Source of the DNA: a virus
DNA: 64,000 nt
IMG/VR virus record: IMGVR_UViG_2773857891_000002
Reading direction: 5' to 3' (one strand)
Shown: one piece after another, positions 15,957 to 26,335 of the stretch
How positions within the stretch are numbered: the stretch's first letter is position 1
Layout of the letters: each line of letters opens with the position of its first letter
Notes under the pieces: model-generated
The model's input: the letters and a program-made list of their open reading frames with translations, nothing else
What the model was told of the DNA's origin: nothing
Database searches by the model: none
Translations under genes and position numbers: made by a program

Positions 15957-18333
15957 ATGAGCACCGAATTGGCTACAGCGTACCTGACTCTAATCCCGTC
16001 TTTGAAGGGCGCGTCTAAGCAAATTTCATCTGAGCTTGCGGGCGTGAATGTTTCCGGGGCCGGGCGAAGATGGGGAAGAACCTGTCTGGTGGCATTAGCA
16101 AGGGCATGAACCTGCAGATTATTGGTGCCCGGCTGCAGGACCTGGGGGCGAACATTTCTCGCGTGGGGGATTCGCTTACCAATTCTATTACGAAGCCCGC
16201 TGTGGGGGCTGCAGCTGCGGTCGGTGGCATCGCGATTGCTTTGGGGTTTAAGCGCCTTGTAGGGATTGACACCGCGCGCGCGAAGCTGATGGCGCTGGGG
16301 CACGACGGGGAATCTATTACCGACATTATGAACTCTGCCCTGGAATCGGTGAAGGGCACGTCTTACGGCTTGGGGGATGCTGCGACTATCGCCGCGTCCG
16401 CTGTCGCTGCCGGTGTTACCGCCGGTGAGGACCTGACGAAATACCTGTCTAGCACTGCTGACGCTGCTGCGGTCGCAGGCACGAGCCTGTCGGAGATGGG
16501 TTACATATTCAACCAAGTTCAGACTGGGACGGTCGCGTACACGGACTCCCTTAACCAACTCGCTGACCGTGGTATCCCGATTTATCAGTGGCTAGCGGAC
16601 GAATTGAATGTCACTGCGGGTGAGGTGAAGAAACTCGCTTCTGAGGGAAAGATTTCCAGCGAAGAGTTCTTTAAGGCGATTGATAAGAATATCGCTGGCG
16701 CTGCCCGCACTATAGGTCAAAACAGCGTTATGGGGGCATGGGAAAACACCAAAGCTGCTCTTGGACGTTTAGGTGCCGCTTTCCTTGGTGCAGGTGAAGA
16801 TGGCGGCGGTTTCTTCGGCCAGATTCAACCTTTACTGGTCGAACTGATGGGGAAGATGGATGAGCTCGCACCGAAAGCAGAAGAGCTAGGCCGGAAGTTC
16901 GGGGAGTTTTTCGAAACTCTAGTTGGGCATATTCGGTCAGCTGTTTCTTGGTGGGAATCTTTGGACCAGAAAACCCAATCCACGATTTTGAAGATGGTGG
17001 GTATTGCGGTTGTTTTGGGTCCTGTCCTGAAAATCGTCGGCAGTTTGACGTCTGGGGTTGGGCTTCTACTGACCTCGTTTGGCCGTTTGGGCGGGTCTAT
17101 GGGATCGGCGTCTGCTGGGGCTACTGGTCTTGGCAGCGCGGTTTCTAGGCTCGCTGGCCCAATCGCTCTCGTTGTTGCTGCGATTGCTGGGATGTGGACT
17201 AATTCTGAGAAGTTCCGTACTTCGGTTGAGGCTTTGGGTGCTTCGGCGGCGACGGCTTTTGAGGAAGTGTATGCGGCTTTGCAGCCTACTCTCGCTTTGA
17301 TTGGTGAGCAGTGGGGGCCGCTCATGAAGTCTTTGGGCGATTCAATGGCGGACGTTTTTGAGTCATTGTTGCCAACGATTGAATCAGTGGTTTCCGCGTT
17401 GGGCACTGTTATTGAAGCGTTGACACCGGTTATTAACTTCCTTCTGTTGACGTTTATTGGTGCCCTTGGTTCGGCAGCTCAAACAGTTTCACAGGTCATC
17501 ACCTACATTTCTGGGACTGTGCAGTGGTTGGCCGGTAACCTGCAGGATTATGTAAACATGATTTCCGCGCTGTTCCGTGGGGACTGGTCTGCCGCTTGGG
17601 GTTACGCGAAAAGTATCGCGTCGCGTAATTTGCAGCAGCTAAAGGACACGGTCAAGGTAGTTTGGGATATCATTGTTGGTTATTTCCGTACTGCTGGTGC
17701 CCAGGTTGAGGCGATCACCGGTGTTTCGATTTCCGATGTGAAGGCGGCGTTTTCTCGTGGTTTGACGAACATGAAGAAGGCCGCTCTTGATCGTCTTAAC
17801 GCTATTGTCAATGATTTCCGTAACTTCAAATCGCGTGTGAAGGCTGCGTTTGGCAACCCTAGCGGTTTGCTGCGCGGGTTGGTCGAGCGATCATTGACGG
17901 CCTGTGGGCGGGTATTAAGTCTGGGATCGGCAAGATTGAGGCTGGTCTTAGGGACCTCACATCGAAGATCCCTGATTGGAAGGGGCCTAAAGAAAAAGAC
18001 CGGAAACTTCTGACTGAGGCAGGCCGCCTAATCATTGGTGGTTTCCGTGAGGGCTTGGAGTCCCAGTATTCGGGGGTTCGTGATTCTCTATTTGGTTTCA
18101 CGGACTCATTAGTCGGCGGGGTTTCTGGGGTTTCTGGCCCTCGAATGGTTGTTTCTGGTATGCCTGCGTCAGGGCCTGTTATCGCCGGTCCTAGCGGTTC
18201 TCGTGGTTCGCGGTCTGATTTAGATTATTTAGCTGATCGGATTGTGGATGGTTTATCGGGGATCGCTGCGGCTTCTGGGATGTCAGCCGATTTGCTCGGT
18301 GGGTCGCGCCGTAGGGTCCGGGCCGGTTTCTGA
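15957..18333 (+). CDS. Tape measure protein (two apparent sequencing frameshifts in this copy)
   Basis: Intact 792-aa copy at 55120-57498; G3 vs G4 at 16062 and 17876. Confidence 0.9.
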
Positions 18334-18350
18334 TTTTGGAGGTTTTTTGA

Positions 18351-20456
18351 ATGGCCGTTGAGTGGGGTTCTTGGTCCGGTCCTTCGGGGACGCGTTTTCG
18401 TGTAGGTATTGATTTGTCGGTGTCGGGTACGACAATTACCGCGCGGTATTACTTGGGGTCTGAGGGTGGGGTTTCTGACAATCAGAAATTGGTGATGGGT
18501 TATTCTATTACTGGTTCTGTGAATTACACTGCTTCTCAGCCGTATAATGGCGGCACACAGCTGATCGCTACGCGGTCTGTGACGTCGTCGCGTGGGGTGC
18601 AGCGTCGTTTTTCTGCGCGTATTGAGGGCATTTACAATGGTGCTTCTCCGCGTGTGGATGCTTATGCGATGGTCCCTGCCGCACCGCCGTCGTCGCCGGG
18701 GACGCCGTCTGTGGTTAGTGTGTCTTCTACCTCCATGAGGATAAGCTGGTCTGCTCCGTCGTCTACTAATGGTGCGTCGATTACGCGCTATCAGGTGCAG
18801 CGGGCGGATAACAGCAGCTTCACGTCTGGTACCGCCGCAGCAACAACCACTAGCCGGTCGTACACGAACAGTAGTCTTTCACCTAATCGGACGTATTACT
18901 GGCGTGTGCGGGCGGAAAACTCCGCTGGCTGGTCTGGCTGGTCTGGTGGGCGTGCTGCGACGACTTCCCCTGCTCTACCGACCGCCCCGACTTCTGTGGC
19001 TGTGACACGGAATAGTGACACGTCGCAGGCGTTGTCGTGGACTCGGCAGGCGACTTCGCAGGCACCTTATGACTCGATTCAGGTTGAGCGGAAAGACACC
19101 GTCAACAGCTCGTGGACTCGTGTTGCGACGGTTGGTGGCACTGCAACGTCGTACACGGATACATCCACTGTTGCTTCGCGTCGGTATGACTACCGGGTGC
19201 GGGCGGTGAACGGCGGTGGCGCTGGCGGGTACTCGGCTACGGTGAGTGTGTCTACGTCGCCGAGTGCACCATCTGGTGTGGTAGCGAAGAAATCGGGCAC
19301 GCAGATCAGTGTGTCTTGGTCTAAGTCAACGAACCAGTGGGGGATTTACCAGCACGTCATCCAGGATAATCCCGGTGGGACTGGCTGGGTGGATGTTGCA
19401 ACCGTGGGGGATGTCACCTCATGGGCTGACACGGCCCCGGACACGAATGTCACTCACCAGTATCGTGTGGCTACGCGGGTGTACACGTATGGTGTGGGGT
19501 CTGCTGGGTTGACTGGCGGATGGTCCACCCCATCGGCTGTGGTGCAGCTGATCGCGCCACCGTTGGCACCCTCGCGTCGCCTACCAGTCGGGACGATCGA
19601 CCGCGCCGCGATCCTGACCTTTGCATGGACCCACAACCCAGTGGACACCACTGATCAGACCGCTTACGAACTGCAATACCGGGTCAATGGTGGGGCGTGG
19701 GTGCTGCTTACTGGCACGACGGCTGATGTGCGGATGGTGTCCGCCCTTGGGGTGTCCGGCACTCTTGAGTGGCAGGTCCGCACAAAGGGTGAGCACCCCG
19801 ACTTTGGGCCATGGTCACCGGTCTGGTCAGCGTCTTTGGCGTCTTTACCTGCCGTGGTTTTGCTTGCACCGGTCGGGACTCTACCGTCGTCTAGGTTGAC
19901 GGCGGAATGGTCTTACGCGAACGCTGACAGTACTGGGCAGGCGGTGTGGGAAGCGCAGTTGCTGGATTCTGAGGGTGCTCTTTTGGAGACTCGTACGGGG
20001 TCTGGTGGGGCGGTTTCAGCTGTTTTTGAGACAGCCCTTGTGGATGGTGCAGATTATGTGGCTCGTGTGCGTGCTCGGTCTGGTGCGGGCATGTGGTCGA
20101 ACTGGGAGTCGCAGCAATTCACGACTGATTTCCCGCTACCGGTCACGGTTGAGGCTATCCCTGTTTTCGATAGGGAAACAGGGGTCACCACACTGACTTT
20201 CACTGACCCGCCAACGCCCTCAACTTACGAGTGGACTGGCCAGCCTAATGCGTCTCCCAGTACAAGTAACACGGCTGATGGCACTATCACTAACCTCGAG
20301 ATAAACCCTCGGTTCGTAACGGACGCAGACACCCCTCCTGATTCCACACGCGAGCCACACGCGCTGTTACCAGCTGGTAGTTATGCCCTCGTTATCCCTG
20401 CCGCGCCGACCGGTTTTGGTTACGGCAGTTTCGCTTACGACCCTTTTGGAGAATGA
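18351..20456 (+). CDS. Minor tail protein with fibronectin type III repeats
   Basis: FN3 motifs (P..P..V...S..SMRISW, Y.VQR, YYWRVRA.N..G); follows tape measure gene. Confidence 0.87.
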   Translation: MAVEWGSWSGPSGTRFRVGIDLSVSGTTITARYYLGSEGGVSDNQKLVMGYSITGSVNYTASQPYNGGTQLIATRSVTSSRGVQRRFSARIEGIYNGASPRVDAYAMVPAAPPSSPGTPSVVSVSSTSMRISWSAPSSTNGASITRYQVQRADNSSFTSGTAAATTTSRSYTNSSLSPNRTYYWRVRAENSAGWSGWSGGRAATTSPALPTAPTSVAVTRNSDTSQALSWTRQATSQAPYDSIQVERKDTVNSSWTRVATVGGTATSYTDTSTVASRRYDYRVRAVNGGGAGGYSATVSVSTSPSAPSGVVAKKSGTQISVSWSKSTNQWGIYQHVIQDNPGGTGWVDVATVGDVTSWADTAPDTNVTHQYRVATRVYTYGVGSAGLTGGWSTPSAVVQLIAPPLAPSRRLPVGTIDRAAILTFAWTHNPVDTTDQTAYELQYRVNGGAWVLLTGTTADVRMVSALGVSGTLEWQVRTKGEHPDFGPWSPVWSASLASLPAVVLLAPVGTLPSSRLTAEWSYANADSTGQAVWEAQLLDSEGALLETRTGSGGAVSAVFETALVDGADYVARVRARSGAGMWSNWESQQFTTDFPLPVTVEAIPVFDRETGVTTLTFTDPPTPSTYEWTGQPNASPSTSNTADGTITNLEINPRFVTDADTPPDSTREPHALLPAGSYALVIPAAPTGFGYGSFAYDPFGE

Positions 20457-20460
20457 TTTC

Positions 20461-23109
20461 ATGTCTATTACACCTTTCCCGACACAGGGCCAATACCCTT
20501 GGTACGACCAACTTGAACAGTGGGGCGCGGACACACAAGCCGCCGCCGAATCCGCTGAACTAAACGCGGATGCTTTACGAGCAGACGTAGCAACCGCACT
20601 CAGCGACTCAACCGCCGCGAGTGCCGCCGCCATTGCTGCTGCAGGTCTCGTGGGTGCGCCTGCTGGGGAGGCTGTGCTCGCGGCCGTCTCAGAAGGAGGG
20701 GCCGCCTATGGTGAGTTGACCCGCTCGTTTACGCAAATCCGGCAAACGGACTTAGCTTCATTCCTTGAGCCCGGCGAAGTGCTACCTAACGATGGTGTAA
20801 TGGATGCGTATCCGCTGTTTCAGCGCGCGGTTGACGCAGTCACCGCGCAAGGGGTTCCTAAGACGATCGCTATCCCCAGCGGGAAATACCGCATACAGTC
20901 CTCGGTGCGGTGGCGCACCGGGTCTCATGTCGGATTTGTGGGGGCGGGTCGGGAAAATACGCGAATCCTTCCAGAAGGATCAGCCGTATTTGGGATCATG
21001 GACCCGAGCTTCGATGACACTACAACGCTCAATGGCCTCCATTTCGCGGATTTCACCATCGATTGCAGTGGCCAGACCGGCCCTATGGATCAGGTGGGCA
21101 TTAAGGGGATCGCCCTGCGTTGGCTTGTCGATTCCCGTTTTGACCGGGTGCGAATCTTAAACTCATGGGCGACCTCATTCGGGTGCGACTTCCTCCGCAA
21201 CGTCACCTTCGCGGACTGCACGGCGATCGGCTCTGGTCGCGGCGCGATCAGCAGGCATTCGTTCGGTGCCGGATTCGGGATCGGAACCGGCGCGTTCGAG
21301 AATGAGACTGTCCGTTTCGAGTCCTGCTATGCGGAGGGCGCGCGTTCGTCCGGGTTCTTCGTCGAAAACCTCATCAGCACCCCTAACGGTGTGCGCGGCG
21401 AGGGGGCTGGGTTCATCATGACCGGCTGTGTTGCTGTCGGCAACTGGAACGGGCTGCGCGATTTCGGCGCAGAGTCGTCCGTGATTACCGGGTGCCAGTT
21501 CATTGATAACGAGAACGCTGGAATCAGCATCGACGGTGGCTCCCAGGCTGGCAGGCACGGAGGTCGCAACAACCTCGCGACGGGCAACATTATCCGTGGC
21601 AACAGCGTCGGTGTGCTTGTCGGTGACGCCGCAGTGGGTTCTTACACGTTTGCGGATAACGAAATTGTGGGAAACACTCTCGCAGGATGTCGAGTTACCG
21701 GTCGGATCGGTGAAGGGTGGATCTGGCAGGGCAACCGTATCAGCCAGAACGGCGCGGGAGGGATCGAGATCCTTTCTCCCCTAATTTCCCTCCCACAGAT
21801 CACAAACAACGTGATCCGAGAGAACGGGACCGGAGACGGCATATCAATGGTTGGTGACACTGTGGAACCGGTTATCAACGGGAACACGATCTCAGGCCAT
21901 CGCGGCGCTGGTATACGCCTTCCTGGTGAGTCATCGTTCATGACCACGCCAACGATACGCAACAACAACACCTCGGAGAACTCGCTGGGCAGCCTGGTGA
22001 ACGAGAAGGTCACGGATGATACTGCGCATATCGCAGGGAACCGGGCAGGAGCATCCTTCTCGACGCTCACCAACCTCAATCCGCGTCCGTCGTTCCAGGA
22101 CGGCTCGATTGGGCCGGTAACCGTGATCACGCGTTTCGAGGCTCCCGTGCCGCTGTTGGACGAGGAACGCGGATACGTTCGTCTCATCGCAATGGGGAAC
22201 TCTCCGACTGCTCGTGTGATGCGCGTGAACGCTGCACTGTCCGGGCCGCTGACCGTCTCCGCATGGGTTCGCGCCACCAGAGATACCCGCATCCGTGCGG
22301 CCGTCTCTGGGAGGTGGGCAGCGGGCACGCAAAGCCGCAACTGGCAGCAGGGCGGCGTGGAGGCCACGGGGGATTGGCAGCGCGTCCATGTGACGTTCGT
22401 GCTTCCAGCCAACGGGTCTGGGGCTGACTTGACTCTTTCCATCGACAACACCGAAGCGGGAGGCGTGCTCGATGTGCGTGACATCCTGCTGACCCCCGGC
22501 GTGACCCTCTGGGGCTACTTCGACGGAGACTCAGTCGGTGCCGAATGGACCGGCGCAGCATACGAATCTACGTCGGTGCTCACTCTTTCGGAAGTGCCAA
22601 TCAGTCTTGAAGATCGGCTCTTTTCGCTTACTGGGCAAGTGCCGCTAGTAGAAAAAGTAGGGTCTGGCACCACGGGAGGTCTGACTGAAACAGCTGCTCA
22701 GCCACTAACGATGTACGCGGTCTTTGCGTCTGCCCCGTCAGGGGTCCGTGCCCGCTTGCGTAGTGCAGTAAACCCCGCTACTGACCGGTTCGCCATAGGT
22801 AGGAATGGCGCTGGCAACGCGTGGGTGGCCGTCGCGACAGACACCACCGAGGCCACAAAATTTGCGGCAGTAAACATGGTGGCAGGCCCCGCAGTTATTG
22901 CAGGGGTCCGCGAGGAAACCATTATCACCGTTGACGTTCACGGGGAGTCATCTAACTCGATTGAGGTCGATGGATTCAATGCAGTTCCTTTGGCGAACAT
23001 AAATAATGACGCCTCGGTAGTGCACTCGCTCGTTTACTTGGGGGCGCATGAAGCGGGGGTCCGGTCCGCTGTGATGGACGCCCTGGCCGCTGAGTATGGC
23101 ATCGCTTAA
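20461..23109 (+). CDS. Tailspike / receptor-binding protein with pectate-lyase-like right-handed beta-helix and CBM-like domain
   Basis: AFQRAVDA..KTIAIPSGKY..VGAG entry motif, repeated I.GN.I..N...GI rungs, TNL..PSF..YFDG module. Confidence 0.82.
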   Translation: MSITPFPTQGQYPWYDQLEQWGADTQAAAESAELNADALRADVATALSDSTAASAAAIAAAGLVGAPAGEAVLAAVSEGGAAYGELTRSFTQIRQTDLASFLEPGEVLPNDGVMDAYPLFQRAVDAVTAQGVPKTIAIPSGKYRIQSSVRWRTGSHVGFVGAGRENTRILPEGSAVFGIMDPSFDDTTTLNGLHFADFTIDCSGQTGPMDQVGIKGIALRWLVDSRFDRVRILNSWATSFGCDFLRNVTFADCTAIGSGRGAISRHSFGAGFGIGTGAFENETVRFESCYAEGARSSGFFVENLISTPNGVRGEGAGFIMTGCVAVGNWNGLRDFGAESSVITGCQFIDNENAGISIDGGSQAGRHGGRNNLATGNIIRGNSVGVLVGDAAVGSYTFADNEIVGNTLAGCRVTGRIGEGWIWQGNRISQNGAGGIEILSPLISLPQITNNVIRENGTGDGISMVGDTVEPVINGNTISGHRGAGIRLPGESSFMTTPTIRNNNTSENSLGSLVNEKVTDDTAHIAGNRAGASFSTLTNLNPRPSFQDGSIGPVTVITRFEAPVPLLDEERGYVRLIAMGNSPTARVMRVNAALSGPLTVSAWVRATRDTRIRAAVSGRWAAGTQSRNWQQGGVEATGDWQRVHVTFVLPANGSGADLTLSIDNTEAGGVLDVRDILLTPGVTLWGYFDGDSVGAEWTGAAYESTSVLTLSEVPISLEDRLFSLTGQVPLVEKVGSGTTGGLTETAAQPLTMYAVFASAPSGVRARLRSAVNPATDRFAIGRNGAGNAWVAVATDTTEATKFAAVNMVAGPAVIAGVREETIITVDVHGESSNSIEVDGFNAVPLANINNDASVVHSLVYLGAHEAGVRSAVMDALAAEYGIA

Positions 23110-23151
23110 TGTCGGGAAGCGCCCTAAACCGAATCCATGATTGGAGGGGAA

Positions 23152-23955
23152 ATGCGTTACGAAACCATTGCCACATTGGCAAACGAAACCTACGTGATAA
23201 CCCCGCTTGAGGAAGGGCAAGCACTCCACTTCAACGGAAACCGGTACACCGGCCCTGTAGGTGAACCGATCCGCGTGTACGGCACCGGCCCCGTGGAAAT
23301 CTCCCAAGGGAAATGGGGTAACCGCCTACGTGCAACCGGCAAATACGACGGCCCCTACTTCGACGGTTACACCCCCAGCACCGTTCCTGCCGAGTTCCTC
23401 ACGCTACAACGCAGCATTGACGGCAGCCCTTGGGTAACCCTCGCGGAAGACATACAACTCGACGGAGCCGTAACCGACCCCATCCCCGCGCTCGCAGGCA
23501 CAAACACCTACCGGGCAGTCAGCAAAACCGTGTTGCCCACCAGCGCAAACGGGCCAAACGTTGACTACCAAATCAACGAACCGAAATGGCACTACATCAA
23601 CACTGGCCCGCACATGAGCGAAGTCTACAGAGTGTACGGAAACCCCAACCTCTCACGACAACACAGCCGCAACCGCGCCACCATCCACATGGCCGGACGC
23701 GCAAACCCCATCACAATCACCGGGGAGAACCGCTCATCAACCTACACGCTGACAGCCCAACTCACCCCCGACGCGACACCACCCAACCAATGGGAAAACC
23801 TCGAATGGACACCCGACCCAATCTGCTACCGAGACCCATCAGGACAACGCATCCTAGGGACAGTCAACGGCACAGAACTGACCGGGTCGAAATGGCCGGA
23901 GGTGAGCGTCGCATTCACAAAAACCGACTACCAAGAGGAAGAAATCTATGAGTAA
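23152..23955 (+). CDS. Minor tail protein (resembles the C-terminal part of an FN3 distal-tail protein)
   Basis: LQRSIDG..W, NTYRAVS, C-terminal PICYRDPSGQR; GGAGG RBS. Confidence 0.78.
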   Translation: MRYETIATLANETYVITPLEEGQALHFNGNRYTGPVGEPIRVYGTGPVEISQGKWGNRLRATGKYDGPYFDGYTPSTVPAEFLTLQRSIDGSPWVTLAEDIQLDGAVTDPIPALAGTNTYRAVSKTVLPTSANGPNVDYQINEPKWHYINTGPHMSEVYRVYGNPNLSRQHSRNRATIHMAGRANPITITGENRSSTYTLTAQLTPDATPPNQWENLEWTPDPICYRDPSGQRILGTVNGTELTGSKWPEVSVAFTKTDYQEEEIYE

Positions 23956-24987
23956 AGCGCATAGGGTTCAAACCCTCAAGGTGAACCTGCTCGACACCGG
24001 GGAGAACCTTCTAGGGGAACTCCCCGGCGTCGAGGGGGGCGGATTCGAGTACAACACCAACGCCATCGTAAAAACGTCGGGTTCCCTTGACGTTGTCGGG
24101 GTGACGTCGAGGGACTGGACTAATCTTCGTGTCCAACCGGTCATCAGCGTAGACGGGGAGGATCACCCTTTGGGGGTGTTTCTTCCCACCTCCCCGAAAC
24201 CGCGTGGGATGACCACTTCACAACCCAAACTGTGGACCTGCTCGACAAGCTTGCGATCCTTGACCAGGCAGTAACCCCCACGATGCTGTCAATCCCTGCA
24301 GGGACAAACCTGACCGACGCGGTCACCGCCGTCATTGAAATGTCCGGGGAACCAGCCGGGGCAGTGAACCCATCCGACCAGACAACGCGGACAGACACCA
24401 CCTGGGAGCCAGGGACAACACTCCTGCGGGTGGTGAACGATCTGCTGGAATCCGCGAACTACTTTTCACTGTGGTGTGACGGCTGGGGGCGCTACCAAAT
24501 CACACCATACGTGGACACGAAATCGCGTCCAATCGTCGCCGAATGGGAAGAAGGGGAAAACGCGACTTTCACACCTGACTTCGACCACCTCGAGGATATT
24601 TATACAGTCCCTAACCGTGTGATCTGCGTCTCCCAGGCGACAGGAGACGAGGAAGCCCTAGTGTCTGTCGCGGAGAACACAAACCCGCAAAGTCCGTACA
24701 GTTTCCAGGCGCGCGGACGGTGGATCGACCACGTCGAAGAAAACGTGGAAACCACCGGGCAAACCGCCCTCAACGACTACGCGGCAAGGCGACTACAAGA
24801 ACTATCCTCCGCAATGTCGACCGTCACAATCACCCACCTTTACCGCCCGTTCAACCTGAACGACGCAGCAACATTCGCCTCACACCGGGCAGGGATCACC
24901 GGCAGGCATGTCATCACAAAATACTCGATCCCCTGGTCTGAAACAGGGTTAACCACAACAACTTTGCGGAAGGTGGTGGAAGTGTAG
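23948..24987 (+). CDS. Minor tail/baseplate hub protein (apparent sequencing frameshift at 24192)
   Basis: C4 here vs C5 at 63357, where the frame is continuous; PLGVF, DLLDK, VPNRVI motifs. Confidence 0.8.
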
Positions 24988-25596
24988 ATGCGCGGTGCAA
25001 CAGATTTCATGGCAGACATCGCGGTGATGATCCGGAAGCAAGTTGTGGACGCCGTCCCGACTTTCCGGTGGGCGACCGTGACCGGTGCGAACCCTCTGCG
25101 GATCAGGTTTGACGGGGAAACAGACCCTTTGCCGATCACCCCGGATGCCCTGGTCAACCCGCCTGTGGGGGCCAGGGTTTTCGTCCTCCACTGGATGCGC
25201 CGCGTAACCGTTTTGGGGCGCGCGGGGGGCATACCAGACACCGGATGGGTGCCTTTCGACCCGTCGCCTGCTTGCCAGGTGCACGCAGGACAGCAGCCGA
25301 TGTATCGGGTGCGCGATGGTGTCCTTTACATGCGTGGTGCGGTGTCGCTGAAAAGCGGTGAGTTCGGCACCGGGTATATCGCAGTCAGCGAACCGTTGAG
25401 CGTTCTTGCTGGTGTAAGCAATCTGGATTGGAAAACCAGTGTGAATCTCGCTGGTGCTGGTGCGCGTTTACCGTTGCGCGGGTATGTGCATGCGTCGACG
25501 CAGGAAATTATGGTCGCAGCCGTGAGCGATGCCGTTCTGACGCCGTCGACTTACGCCACGCTCAATGGTTTTTCGGGCATGGACTTAACGGACTAA
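24988..25596 (+). CDS. Minor tail protein
   Basis: RWATVTG.NPLRIRFDG; DTGW..; YRVRDGVLYMRG. Confidence 0.8.
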   Translation: MRGATDFMADIAVMIRKQVVDAVPTFRWATVTGANPLRIRFDGETDPLPITPDALVNPPVGARVFVLHWMRRVTVLGRAGGIPDTGWVPFDPSPACQVHAGQQPMYRVRDGVLYMRGAVSLKSGEFGTGYIAVSEPLSVLAGVSNLDWKTSVNLAGAGARLPLRGYVHASTQEIMVAAVSDAVLTPSTYATLNGFSGMDLTD

Positions 25597-25606
25597 TTCA
25601 ACTTTT

Positions 25607-26005
25607 TTGGGGGCAAGGATGGGGAGCATTGTGAGTGTATCAAGCTTAAGTGCAGCGGATTTAGCCGCTTTACAGTTGGAGATTGAAGCGGAAACAGCCA
25701 GGCGGGAGAGGTTGGCCGGGTTCGTGGGCGCGTGGCTGCGGTGTTTGGGGCAGGTGCGCGAGTTCGCGCAAGCATGCCCACCAGTTCCTTTTGAGTCACC
25801 ACCTACGTGGGAGAACGCTTTGACGGGTTTTGTTCCTGGTCAGAGGGTTGCGCATGAGGGGCGTGTGTGGCGCAACGACTCGCAGGGGCTACTTATGACG
25901 GTGCCTGGCGTGGATGGGTGGTGGACCGATGTAACCCCCGAACCCGACCCCGAGCCAGAGCCGGACCCCGAGCCTGGGACGGAAGAGGAAGGAGGCGGCG
26001 CATGA
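25607..26005 (+). CDS. hypothetical virion-associated protein
   Basis: G.RV.HEGRVWRN carbohydrate-binding-like motif; PEPDPEP tail. Confidence 0.65.
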   Translation: MGARMGSIVSVSSLSAADLAALQLEIEAETARRERLAGFVGAWLRCLGQVREFAQACPPVPFESPPTWENALTGFVPGQRVAHEGRVWRNDSQGLLMTVPGVDGWWTDVTPEPDPEPEPDPEPGTEEEGGGA

Positions 26006-26286
26006 CAGCCATGGTCCTCACACTCATCGGATCAGCCGGAGTCGGAGCAATCGTCACCGCCGTGCTACTGCACCTGCGAGAATCACCAAAAGCAAAAGCA
26101 GACACCGCGGCGACACTCGCGTCTACCGCGCTCGCGATCGTGGAAAAACTCGAGGACAGAGTCACAGTCCTCGAATCACGAGACCTCGCGGCGACCGCTT
26201 ACATCGCGGTGCTACGTCAGCATATCGAGGCGGGCAATCCACCTCCCCCACCGGACTGGCCGGAAATCCTCAAATCAATCGCCTAG
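26002..26286 (+). CDS. membrane protein (lysis-cassette associated)
   Basis: N-terminal TM helix plus coiled coil; precedes endolysin. Confidence 0.75.
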   Translation: MTAMVLTLIGSAGVGAIVTAVLLHLRESPKAKADTAATLASTALAIVEKLEDRVTVLESRDLAATAYIAVLRQHIEAGNPPPPPDWPEILKSIA

Positions 26287-26309
26287 CACCCCACAGTGGG
26301 TGCTTTTTT
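26285..26309 (+). terminator. Intrinsic terminator
   Basis: AGCACCC-cacagt-GGGTGCT followed by T5. Confidence 0.7.
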
Positions 26310-26335
26310 CATACCAAAAACAGGAGAAAAACATC

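Larger units (their letters stand above)
1..24834. repeat. Direct repeat of phage genome, copy 1 (matches 39164-64000)
   Basis: Position 1 CTCTGGACCC recurs at 39164; ORF translations are identical; offset drifts from 39163 to 39166 through homopolymer indels. Confidence 0.99.

Noticed and set aside
15957-18333. Tape measure gene as a pseudogene or programmed frameshift
   Set aside because: Copy 2 (55120-57498) is intact; both breaks are 1-bp G-homopolymer losses typical of long-read error.
20457-23151. Self-splicing intron, intein or shufflon explaining the split tail gene
   Set aside because: No group I/II intron motifs, homing endonuclease, intein ends, invertase or inverted crossover sites seen; the insert is an ordinary tailspike ORF.
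23948-24987. Two separate minor tail ORFs (23948-24274 and 24232-24987)
   Set aside because: Copy 2 has C5 rather than C4 and one continuous frame.
18351-25596. Diversity-generating retroelement acting on tail genes
   Set aside because: No reverse transcriptase and no template/variable repeat pair in the genome unit.
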